Shown here piece by piece: positions 17,848-26,564 of a stretch of DNA of 64,000 nucleotides. This stretch comes from Deltaproteobacteria bacterium. GTDB lineage: Bacteria; Desulfobacterota; Syntrophia; Syntrophales; Smithellaceae. A program made the translations under genes and the position numbers. Position 1 is the stretch's first letter. Each line of letters starts with the position of its first letter. Where the stretch lies: NCBI GenBank assembly GCA_036528635.1, contig JAIGNE010000043.1, positions 166,622 to 230,621 of the forward strand, in the 5' to 3' direction. Below the pieces are notes generated by a model. It ran no database searches, was not told where the DNA came from, and saw nothing but the letters and a program-made list of their open reading frames with translations.

Positions 17848-20364
17848 TTATACAGCCGGATGGTCAGCGCTGACACAGGCGTTCTGTGCCTTCATGCGCT
17901 GAGACAGGGCCAGGAGAAGCTCACCGATATTTTTTCTGTTCAGAACGATTTCCGACACATGAATCCCAAAGCGGGAGGCCAGTGTTCTGAGATACCTGTT
18001 GGCCTTGTTGCTGATAATAGGATCAACGCCAAAGCGAAGAAGTTGAATTTTATCGACCAATGCGCTTTCGTCTCCATCTCCGGCCGTCAATAGCGTTCGC
18101 TCGATTAAATTTTCAACATCAAACTGCACAACGCTGCGCAGGACGACACGGTCTCCGCCGTCATAACGACCCAGCAGCCTGTCAAATTGCTGCAGGATCC
18201 ATTCATCGATACATCCCACATAACCGGCCGCAATACCCGCAATCATCAGAACAAAATGCCTCTGGTCCCAATCAACGCATTGCCTGATGAGGTCACGCAC
18301 GAGCTGCCTTTCTTCTTCGGCAATCACGATATCTCGAGCAAACCCGTCACGCTCGTCGGAAATGATCTCAGCCAAAAGCAAAAGCAGCATCGCCCCTCCC
18401 ATGCCCGCCTTGGCGGGAAGCATGGCTGTCTGGGCCCAATGCAGCAGCTCCGGAAAATGGCTGCGGATTCTGTCGGTGAGTTCGTCCTGAACACTTCCCC
18501 AGCGGTACGCCTGATACAGGTAGAAACCGATCAGCCCGCTGTTGCTTGCTCTGATCACGTTAATCAACCGGTCGACGTCGTCGGCTGTCTGAACGCTTAA
18601 ATGGGCCACCACATTCTTCGGCAAGCCCGACAGTGTCTTAATGCCTGAATGCCGCTTTTCCGGCGTAAAACTGGCCCAATTCAGAAGATACCCGGTCACG
18701 GCCTCCGCTTCCAGGCATTCCACGGGATCGGCAACGATGTCATAAATTTTCACGCGATTGAACACGAAAATATCATACATCAGCTTCGCTATATACGCGC
18801 TCACCATTTCATAGCGCGCATCGTTATTGACGCCTAACATCCAGATAAATACAATCAGGCTCTTGCATACCTTTGTCAGAACCTTCAAAAGCATTTTGTA
18901 ATCGTTGCTGAAAACCTTGGGCGCATTAATCAGGTCGTATAAAAGCGTCCTCAGCAGCAGCCATTCGCTCACATCCACAACCGTCACGCCGCCTAATTGT
19001 CCCGTGTGTAAAAACTCCGCCAGCTGCAGATGATCGATGTTGTCATTGCGCAGGATCTCGATCAGTTTGCTGTAATTGATGTTGTTCCTGATCAAAGAGG
19101 CATTGATGTTCCGGACGGAACCCGATAATTGTTCGAAATAGGAACCTGTCCCTTTCCCATTGCGGATCTCGTTTAAAAGAGTCAGCTTTTCCACAATGGT
19201 CTCTTTAGAAGAATAGTTCATGAGCATCATGAAATCATCGACCAGTTCCTCGCTCTTTTCCCCGATCGTGCATTCCATCAAAATGCGGCACTGGAGGGCC
19301 TCGGTCACCTGAGGCAGCTTGTACAGCTCACACACACTCTGCTTCTCCATCGATTCATCAAAGCTCAAAAACCGATTCCAGGTCTTTTTCACAGCCAGAT
19401 AGATGTACTCTTTTTTATCGTCTCTTCCCGCTGACTGGAGGATGGCCAGCATGATCGCATAGCCCAGGCTTAAATAAAGCGCCGGTTTCCACGAGGTTTG
19501 ACAAATTAAAGGATCAATATGAATGACAATGTCTTCTCCTTCACGCACCACCATCCCCTCATCGGACGGGCTGCCGAAGGTAATTTTGTATTGCTGCGTC
19601 CACAGATAATCTGCATAACGGAAGGCATAATTTTTCACAATTTTATGGACAAAGTCTGTAACTTCTTCCAGGAATTCAGGACGCACGGACGGGACGGCCG
19701 CAGCGGCAACATCAATCTGGAAACGATACGTGTCATTAACCGTAGAAATCCTGTTGAACCAGGATCTGGTCGGCTGGATGTGGTAAATACTGGGCTTATT
19801 GAAAATGTCCAACGACGCCAGTAAAAGCTCCGGCCGGGCTTTGTATGCTTCGACAACGAAGCTCCTGGGCTGGTTATCCGCCACCTTGGGATGCTTCGCG
19901 GCCAGGGCCATATATCGGAAGACAGCCCGGGCGAAGATATCCAGGATCTCGGGATGAATGATGGGAAGGGCTTTGACATGTTCAAAATAGGGGATGAATA
20001 AATTCCAGTGCGCCTCAACCATAACATCCATCGCGTCCTGCGTAATCTTTAACAGTGATCCGCGGCGGCCGACGATATGGAACGTGATGTTGGACGACGC
20101 AATCATTGGAAGCAATGGGGCAAGCAGCACCTTTAACTTCAGGTCATCAAACGCCGACACGCTTTCACGGATGATCGGATTATTCCCGAGAAGTGAGCAC
20201 TGCCCGGTCGATGTCAGCCCGACAAACGCCTCCTCATCTTTGTTCTTGTGAAATATGAGATCCGGCAGATCAACACCGTCGGCAACGGCCGGGTATGAAA
20301 TCACTTTCGTAGGTTTCACACTTACCTGAGGAGTGCTTCGTTTATGAACAACCACTTTTGCCAT
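17848..20364 (-). CDS. large hypothetical protein (838 aa), no recognisable domain
   Basis: Long uninterrupted ORF in a lower-GC island. Composition is leucine-rich and predicted all-alpha. No P-loop, nuclease or HTH motif is visible. It is co-oriented downstream of yefM-yoeB. Confidence 0.7.
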   Translation of the reverse strand: MAKVVVHKRSTPQVSVKPTKVISYPAVADGVDLPDLIFHKNKDEEAFVGLTSTGQCSLLGNNPIIRESVSAFDDLKLKVLLAPLLPMIASSNITFHIVGRRGSLLKITQDAMDVMVEAHWNLFIPYFEHVKALPIIHPEILDIFARAVFRYMALAAKHPKVADNQPRSFVVEAYKARPELLLASLDIFNKPSIYHIQPTRSWFNRISTVNDTYRFQIDVAAAAVPSVRPEFLEEVTDFVHKIVKNYAFRYADYLWTQQYKITFGSPSDEGMVVREGEDIVIHIDPLICQTSWKPALYLSLGYAIMLAILQSAGRDDKKEYIYLAVKKTWNRFLSFDESMEKQSVCELYKLPQVTEALQCRILMECTIGEKSEELVDDFMMLMNYSSKETIVEKLTLLNEIRNGKGTGSYFEQLSGSVRNINASLIRNNINYSKLIEILRNDNIDHLQLAEFLHTGQLGGVTVVDVSEWLLLRTLLYDLINAPKVFSNDYKMLLKVLTKVCKSLIVFIWMLGVNNDARYEMVSAYIAKLMYDIFVFNRVKIYDIVADPVECLEAEAVTGYLLNWASFTPEKRHSGIKTLSGLPKNVVAHLSVQTADDVDRLINVIRASNSGLIGFYLYQAYRWGSVQDELTDRIRSHFPELLHWAQTAMLPAKAGMGGAMLLLLLAEIISDERDGFARDIVIAEEERQLVRDLIRQCVDWDQRHFVLMIAGIAAGYVGCIDEWILQQFDRLLGRYDGGDRVVLRSVVQFDVENLIERTLLTAGDGDESALVDKIQLLRFGVDPIISNKANRYLRTLASRFGIHVSEIVLNRKNIGELLLALSQRMKAQNACVSADHPAV

Positions 20365-20740
20365 ATGAATTCCGTATGAGAATGCTCTGCTTCGCCGAAC
20401 CTGTTTTCCGGTGACTCATCACCGTGCCGGCTTGTATCCGTCTGTTTCGTTATTCATCTGCATCAAAATGTATCATCGATGGCCCCATTGCAACTGACCG
20501 CCCCTTCTATTCTCCAACGCAGATCGAGAGCCGGATCAGGATTCTGCTGCGGATGGAGTATAGAAACCGTGGTCTTCTGTGTCAAGGTAATCTTGACCGA
20601 GAAAAGTGCAAATGTGATTTTGTGTGTTGCTGCTTAAAAATCTTGAAATATTGTTGAGGGAGGCCATTTGTCCACTTCAGGAGGCACGCCACGGGGAAAA
20701 TTCATCATCGATGTCTTTAATTTCCGGAATTGGCCACGGA

Positions 20741-21004
20741 TTATTCATAATGCGTCCACATTCTGATAATTTTTATCGTATGGAAATCTTTTAATACTTG
20801 ATAAATTAAACGATGTTGTATGTTGATTCTTCGACAATACGCCCCCGATAGGTCGCCCACGGGCATTTCATAGGGCGGTGGGTTTTGGAATGGATCTACT
20901 CTCAGCAAGTCCAGTAATCGAATTACCTGTGGCTTAAAACCGGATTGTGCAATACTTTTTGCATCTTTTTGCGCTTGTTTTGTGAAAACCAGTTGCCAAC
21001 TCAC
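20741..21004 (-). CDS. yoeB: Txe/YoeB family type II toxin (mRNA interferase)
   Basis: DPFQNPPPYE..GDLSGAYCRRINIQHRLIYQV....IKIIRMWTHYE resembles YoeB. A GTG start at 21004 overlaps the yefM TGA stop (GTGA). The track ORF extends to an upstream ATG at 21025. Confidence 0.7.
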   Translation of the reverse strand: MSWQLVFTKQAQKDAKSIAQSGFKPQVIRLLDLLRVDPFQNPPPYEMPVGDLSGAYCRRINIQHRLIYQVLKDFHTIKIIRMWTHYE

Positions 21005-21243
21005 CAGCCGGGTTCCTCCCTGCATTTTTCGACGGGAGTTTTTAAGCCTTTCTTAATGGATTCTCGCATACCCGGAACTGATGCAAGGTATAATGTTTCT
21101 TCTATAGCTCGCCAATCTTCTTCGGACACTAAAACGGCGGAATTTCTTTTCCCTACAATTTGAACCGGAACATGTGAATCTTTAACTTCGTCCACAAGGT
21201 TGTATAGACGTTTTCTTGCTTCTGATGCTGTAAATGTTGTCAT
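21001..21243 (-). CDS. yefM: Phd/YefM family antitoxin
   Basis: MTTFTASEARKRLYNLVDEVKDSHVPVQIVGKRNSAVLVSEEDWRAIEETLYL is a canonical YefM N-domain. Start taken as the internal ATG at 21243 of track ORF 21001..21315. Confidence 0.8.
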   Translation of the reverse strand: MTTFTASEARKRLYNLVDEVKDSHVPVQIVGKRNSAVLVSEEDWRAIEETLYLASVPGMRESIKKGLKTPVEKCREEPGW

Positions 21244-21377
21244 TTTCCTTACCTCCATGACGTACGATATACAGTACGCTATTATAAGACGAATGACAAA
21301 TAATTTTAAGGCCAACGAAAAGCTGAGCCGGAGCAGCGAAGCGGTGATTGGCTCTAGCGACGGGTTATGGGTCTTTT

Positions 21378-21704
21378 TTATTTATAAGGTTTTATGCAGT
21401 CCTCAGAACACGAATACGTACTCATTAATTTACTCGGCGAACCATCTTTTTTGATGTGATGTGTATAATATTCTACGTTCCATGTTTCTCTATTAACATC
21501 TCGCCAACCGATAAAGCATGGTAACCAACGACTTGAATGGTCTGCTTTCCTCAGCACTTTTTCATTTGTTTGGTATTTCGCATTTTTTGATAAATAATTT
21601 TCGATGAATTCTCTTTCGGAATCTTTCAAGGCCGTCAATTCAGTTTTGAACTGATCACGTAATATTTTTTCATTCATCTGGATTTCTGAAAGCTTTTCTT
21701 TCAA
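21378..21704 (-). CDS. hypothetical small protein (island gene)
   Basis: 108-aa ORF in an AT-rich region with a coiled-coil-like N-terminus. No homology is recognisable. Confidence 0.3.
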   Translation of the reverse strand: MKEKLSEIQMNEKILRDQFKTELTALKDSEREFIENYLSKNAKYQTNEKVLRKADHSSRWLPCFIGWRDVNRETWNVEYYTHHIKKDGSPSKLMSTYSCSEDCIKPYK

Positions 21705-21910
21705 TGTCGATAAATCCAGTAGTTTTACTCCATAACGATTAATACACTTTGTTTGTTTTTTTTCAAAACTTGTCGCAATCCCACTCCATTTGGTTCAAAA
21801 TGCAAAACGATAAATCGCCATGAAATCAGCTTAGTTGAAAAAACAACGTTTGGTTTTCAATTACCGGACGCTGGACGCCAGAAAGTACGCATCAACAAAT
21901 GAAACCATCC

Positions 21911-22801
21911 TTATTTACAGGGCTTCACATATTCGGCGCGGACTTTTTTCATGGCGGAGAGAATGAACTTGATATCCTGACGGTCCAGCAAGCCATGTTT
22001 CTTCTGGATCAGTTCGCGGATGGGCGCGAAGACGCTTTTACGGTCCGCCTGTTCCAGGGCTCTGCCGTATTCGGAATTATAAAATTCCTGCATCCTGATA
22101 TCCAGCGCGTCGACGCGCAGCATGTAATCGATGAACAATGAGTAAAGTTTGTCGCCGCCTGTGCTGTTCAATGCCAGATTGCACAGAACATAACTGCTTT
22201 CGATCAGGGACCCGTACCATTGGTCGAGCAGCGACTCCATGAGCTGCGGGTCCCGGGCGGCATTCTTCATGTTGGCGTCCATTTGCTGAGACCAGTAGGC
22301 TTTATATTTTTCCAGATTCCGGGGATCGGTGATGTCCGCGAGGAGTTTTTTGGTCTCTTCGGCGGCGCTCATGTTCGGGTTTACGTAATCCGATTTCTTT
22401 AAACGTCCCAGGATTTCGGCATTGAGAAATTTCATGGCGTTCACGAATTCCTTCTTGCGGCCGAAGACCAGGGCATAGTTGAGGTCAAAGCCATGCATCC
22501 CCGCCAGGACCCGTAACTGGATCTCATTTTTGCAGGCATAGCTGCCCTTAACCGGCAGCGTCAGGCTTTCCTGATAGGACAATCCGGCATCCTTGATCGG
22601 ACCGGCATGATAGTAATAGGATGCCGCCGCATCTTTTTTAGACGCCTTTCCGCCCATCAAGGGCCAAACATTCTTGCCCGCCATATCAGGCTTGTCCACC
22701 GTGTTCTGTTGGGGATGGGATGGTTCCGCAGCCTGCGCCGGGAATATTCCAACGGGAACAAGCAGCAGCAAAACGATTACAAATCCTATTCTTCTTTTCA
22801 T
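21911..22801 (-). CDS. secreted/periplasmic hypothetical protein
   Basis: Start taken as the internal ATG (MKRRIGFVIVLLLLVPVGIFPAQAA) of track ORF 21911..22867. This gives a signal peptide and a gene immediately downstream of the ABC transporter gene. Confidence 0.55.
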   Translation of the reverse strand: MKRRIGFVIVLLLLVPVGIFPAQAAEPSHPQQNTVDKPDMAGKNVWPLMGGKASKKDAAASYYYHAGPIKDAGLSYQESLTLPVKGSYACKNEIQLRVLAGMHGFDLNYALVFGRKKEFVNAMKFLNAEILGRLKKSDYVNPNMSAAEETKKLLADITDPRNLEKYKAYWSQQMDANMKNAARDPQLMESLLDQWYGSLIESSYVLCNLALNSTGGDKLYSLFIDYMLRVDALDIRMQEFYNSEYGRALEQADRKSVFAPIRELIQKKHGLLDRQDIKFILSAMKKVRAEYVKPCK

Positions 22802-22814
22802 GACATTTCTCCTG

Positions 22815-25800
22815 TCAGTGCAATGTTTTCTTGATGCCGGAGAGCCGCGGCAGCAGGCGCGCCGCAAGCGCCAGGAAGAGCAGAATGGCCATTCCTCCCA
22901 GCACCAGCAGATTGAAGCTCAGCGTCTCCATGCGCCATGACCCCACAAGTTTGGACGCGGCCAGAAATGGCGCACCCCCCAGCTTGGATTCCGGCTCCTG
23001 GAAGATGGGGGCCGCGACACGTACGAGCCGGTTTCCGGAAAGACGCACGGTTTCCAGATCTTTCACATTCATGACGAGGCTCGCAATATCCTCGTTGTAA
23101 TAGGTACTCTTGAATTGCTGCGCGCCCGCGATGCCCAGGGAATCGTTCAGTCGTTTTTCCACGGCGCGCTTGTTCGCAACGGCTTGATTGTGCAGATCCT
23201 GATAATACTTTTCGATCCGCTGCAGGTATTCCTTGATGCGCCGGCAGGTATCGAGGGTATAGGCCTGGGGTGCAAGCTGGCTTGCTGAAAGACCCGATGC
23301 CATCCTGGTTTGTTCTTCCAGAATCTTCAATTCCGCGGCCAGCACCGCCAGTTTGCGCCGGGACTTCGCGGCATGATCGGGGTCTTCGGCTTCCAGGAGC
23401 GGATAATCGGCCAGGGACTGCATCTGGGGAATATGGATCTGAAGCAGATAATCGCTGTTCACGGCCTGGCGCTCGTCCTCAAAGAAGAGGCGCATATAGC
23501 GGTTCCTGGCGTATTGTTCAACCACCAGAGCCTCATACCCCCAGCGCGACGGCATGATGTTGGCGATGGCGGGCACATTCCGGGTACCGGCCTCGCGGTC
23601 CATCAGCTCGTCAAAGGACACCGAGGCTCCGCCCAGCATGATCTGGGGCACCAGCAGAATAGGGATAATGATGTAGATATTGACGGCGGAGCGCACCCCG
23701 GCCGAAATATTGAGCCCCAGGATGCAGGCCACCAGGGCGCAGAAAAAAAGCACCAGCCACGATACACCGTTCATGTCCGGCACGTGCAGGATGGCGTTTC
23801 CTATCCAGACAAAAAGCGCCATCTGCAAGGCGGCCACCCCCGCCAGATAGAAGGTCTTGGCCGAAATATAGGCCGTCCAGTTCAAGTGAAGCAGCCGCTC
23901 GCGATTCAACATTTTCCGGTCGCGGTTGATTTCCTCGGCGCTGATGCTCATGCCCATGAAGATGGCCACCACCACACTGATAAAGAAAAAATTACTCAGG
24001 TTCCTGTTCTCCATGAACACGTATTCCATGCCCCAGGACCCTCTGCAGATCAGCGCGGCAATTCCGGCCAGGAGCGGCGGCTCCAGCAGATTGATGAGGA
24101 GATATTGCCGATTCTGGGCATGGCTTTTAAGCGTGCGCAGAAAAAAGATCCAGAACTGACCGGCTGCACCGGGCCGCCACAGACGGCGTTCCATACCGGG
24201 TTTTGTCCCGGATGGGGAGACGGGCGTCTGAGGAAGCCCCTGCCAGTCGCGGGAGGCCAGATAACGCTTGTGCCATTCTTCCGGCCCGACGCGGCGTTCA
24301 TGGGTAAAGCGGCCGTTTTCATCGACGGCCCGGGCCTGGATAATTTCAAAAAGCTGCTCCGGATTGACATTGCCGCAGCGGGAACAGGCGTATTCTTCCA
24401 TGTCGGCCTGCAAGGCCTCGGTCCGGAAATAGACGATGGCATCGAGCGGATTGCCGTTAAATATCGGCCGCCCGCCCTGGTCCAATATCCACAGGGCATC
24501 AAACATCCGGAAGATGCGGGAAGACGGCTGGTGAATGACCACGATCACCAGTTTGCCCTTGGCAGCCTGGGCCTTGAGCAGCGCCATGACGTTTTCCGAA
24601 TCGGCGGACGACAGGCCCGAAGTCGGCTCGTCTACCAGGAGGATGGAGGGCTCCCTGAGCAGTTCCAGCGCGATATTCAGCCGTTTGCGCTCTCCGCCGC
24701 TGATGGTTTTTTCCAGGGGGGAACCGACCATGAGATCGCGGGTGGGCAGCTGCTGCAGTTCATTAAGGAGCGCTTCCACCCGGGCATCACGGGTCCTCTG
24801 GTCGATGTTGGCAAGACACAGCGCGGCGTTGAAGGCAAGGTTGTCAAACACCGAGAGATGCTCAAAAAGCAGGTCATCCTGCGGGACATAGCCGATCACA
24901 CCCTCCAGGCGCCCGGCGTCCCGGTAAAGGTCCAGCCCGTTGATGCTCACGCGGCCGCGATCGGGGGGGAGCTGCCCGGTAAGGATGTTCAGCAGCGTGG
25001 ATTTGCCTGAGCCGCTTTGCCCCATGATCCCCACCAGCCTGCCGCCCGACTCGCGAAAGCTGAAGTCATGCAGACCGTTATCGCTTCCCGGATAGCGGAA
25101 ATCAAGATTCTCCCCGCAAAGAAAGAGCGGCTCATGGGAGGCACTCTGAAAGGCCGCGTCGATCTCCTGATAATAAATGCAGTTGCCGTAGATATCCCGC
25201 AGAATACTTCCCGGCTGCAGGAGGTGCGGCGTGCCGGAAAGCAGCGCCAGGGAGTCGGCGGAAAGCCTGTCCTGATCTGTCCGGAGAAAATAAGCGTCAA
25301 CGTCCTGAAGATGATAAACGGTAAAGTCGGCGCAAAAATCCGGCCGGGAAAGTCTCCGGCATCCGCCCTGAGGCTCGCCTTCGCGCGGATTGACGCGCAG
25401 AAAACGGGTTGTGAAAAGAGAGCCGTCCATGACGGTTGCCGTGAGCAATGACAGCTCTCTGACGACAGCCGGGGCGATCCGGAGTTCCGCTGCGACGACG
25501 TCGCCAAGCTCTTCATGGCGGTACTTACCCATGTTCTCCAGTTCCAGGTAACGGATGAGAAAGACATACTGATCAAAACGGGGCAGCAGGCGCTTCAGAT
25601 TTGCCGTCACTTCCCCGGCCTGGGCCAGTTTCGTCCGCTCGTCACCGGATTGATGGATGTCCAGCGCCTCTTCAAACAGCTTGATGTATTCATCCGCATG
25701 GGTAATGCGCAGATAGTCCCGAAGATAACGGTTGATGATCGCAAAAGCGTCGGGCCGTCCCGATGGCTCGATCAGGGACGTCCGGATGGCAAACAAATTC

Positions 25801-25832
25801 AGAATGGCATTGAGCAGAATCTCATTCATCAT
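22815..25832 (-). CDS. ABC transporter, fused ATP-binding/permease protein (ABC-2/ABCG-like) with about 250-aa N-terminal extension
   Basis: Walker A GQSGSGKST, ABC signature LSGGERKRL and Walker B ILLVDEPTSG. The C-terminal half has an ABC-2-type multi-TM region, followed by a coiled-coil segment and a terminal hydrophobic helix. Confidence 0.85.
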   Translation of the reverse strand: MMNEILLNAILNLFAIRTSLIEPSGRPDAFAIINRYLRDYLRITHADEYIKLFEEALDIHQSGDERTKLAQAGEVTANLKRLLPRFDQYVFLIRYLELENMGKYRHEELGDVVAAELRIAPAVVRELSLLTATVMDGSLFTTRFLRVNPREGEPQGGCRRLSRPDFCADFTVYHLQDVDAYFLRTDQDRLSADSLALLSGTPHLLQPGSILRDIYGNCIYYQEIDAAFQSASHEPLFLCGENLDFRYPGSDNGLHDFSFRESGGRLVGIMGQSGSGKSTLLNILTGQLPPDRGRVSINGLDLYRDAGRLEGVIGYVPQDDLLFEHLSVFDNLAFNAALCLANIDQRTRDARVEALLNELQQLPTRDLMVGSPLEKTISGGERKRLNIALELLREPSILLVDEPTSGLSSADSENVMALLKAQAAKGKLVIVVIHQPSSRIFRMFDALWILDQGGRPIFNGNPLDAIVYFRTEALQADMEEYACSRCGNVNPEQLFEIIQARAVDENGRFTHERRVGPEEWHKRYLASRDWQGLPQTPVSPSGTKPGMERRLWRPGAAGQFWIFFLRTLKSHAQNRQYLLINLLEPPLLAGIAALICRGSWGMEYVFMENRNLSNFFFISVVVAIFMGMSISAEEINRDRKMLNRERLLHLNWTAYISAKTFYLAGVAALQMALFVWIGNAILHVPDMNGVSWLVLFFCALVACILGLNISAGVRSAVNIYIIIPILLVPQIMLGGASVSFDELMDREAGTRNVPAIANIMPSRWGYEALVVEQYARNRYMRLFFEDERQAVNSDYLLQIHIPQMQSLADYPLLEAEDPDHAAKSRRKLAVLAAELKILEEQTRMASGLSASQLAPQAYTLDTCRRIKEYLQRIEKYYQDLHNQAVANKRAVEKRLNDSLGIAGAQQFKSTYYNEDIASLVMNVKDLETVRLSGNRLVRVAAPIFQEPESKLGGAPFLAASKLVGSWRMETLSFNLLVLGGMAILLFLALAARLLPRLSGIKKTLH

Positions 25833-26090
25833 GATTATCCACTAATTTTTTTGTTATGTAGCATAAAATGAAAGAATGGAGAAACATGAATTACTGAGAA
25901 CGGCGCTACAAAAAAGATCCGTTCTCACTTCGACAAACCATCCCGTTAAGAATTTTCTTGACAGACACCGGGGTTAGGTCTAGCTGAATAACATTAGCGT
26001 TCCCTATCAGACTTTGACGATACATGTTTGCAGTGCGAGTCACTCTCATTCCGGCGGGAAAGATATTTTATTTCATAAAGGAGAATTGCA

Positions 26091-26483
26091 ATGATGACCA
26101 GGAGAATCTTCAGTGTAATGTTTTTATGTGTGTTCTTCTATGCGTGTGCGGGTTCACAGACGGCTTCCGACAACGTACAAGCGACAGCACCGGCAAAAAA
26201 TGTCAGTTCTGAAGCTGCCGCCGGTAATCAGGAGCAAAAGAATATGCAGCAGCAGGAAAGCGCCAGGGCGAGCCAGCCGGCAGCGCCTGTCGTCCATTAT
26301 TTATACATTACCAGGGACACTAAAATGAGGAAGGACCCGAAAAATTTCGGCAAGGTTATCGTCGTTCTGAAAAAGGGAGAGCTCGTCGAAAAAATATCGG
26401 ATTCAAAAAATTGGGTTCAAGTCAAATCAGCCGCAGGCAAAACGGGCTGGGTATTAAAGAAATTTGTATTTGAAAGTAAGTAG
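26091..26483 (+). CDS. SH3-domain lipoprotein (bacterial SH3b-like)
   Basis: Signal peptide with Cys (FYACAGS), a low-complexity linker, and a C-terminal motif KNWVQVKSAAGKTGWVLKKFV typical of SH3b domains. Confidence 0.55.
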   Translation: MMTRRIFSVMFLCVFFYACAGSQTASDNVQATAPAKNVSSEAAAGNQEQKNMQQQESARASQPAAPVVHYLYITRDTKMRKDPKNFGKVIVVLKKGELVEKISDSKNWVQVKSAAGKTGWVLKKFVFESK

Positions 26484-26564
26484 TCGGGCCTGTTTCATCA
26501 TCCAGGGCGTCTGTCCTGACTGCTCGCCCGGGTCAAGACAGACGCGGTTTCTCTGCGTCTCACA

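Noticed and set aside
17692-18093. 133-aa + strand ORF inside the island
   Set aside because: Antisense to the 838-aa gene's 3' end. No RBS or motif support.
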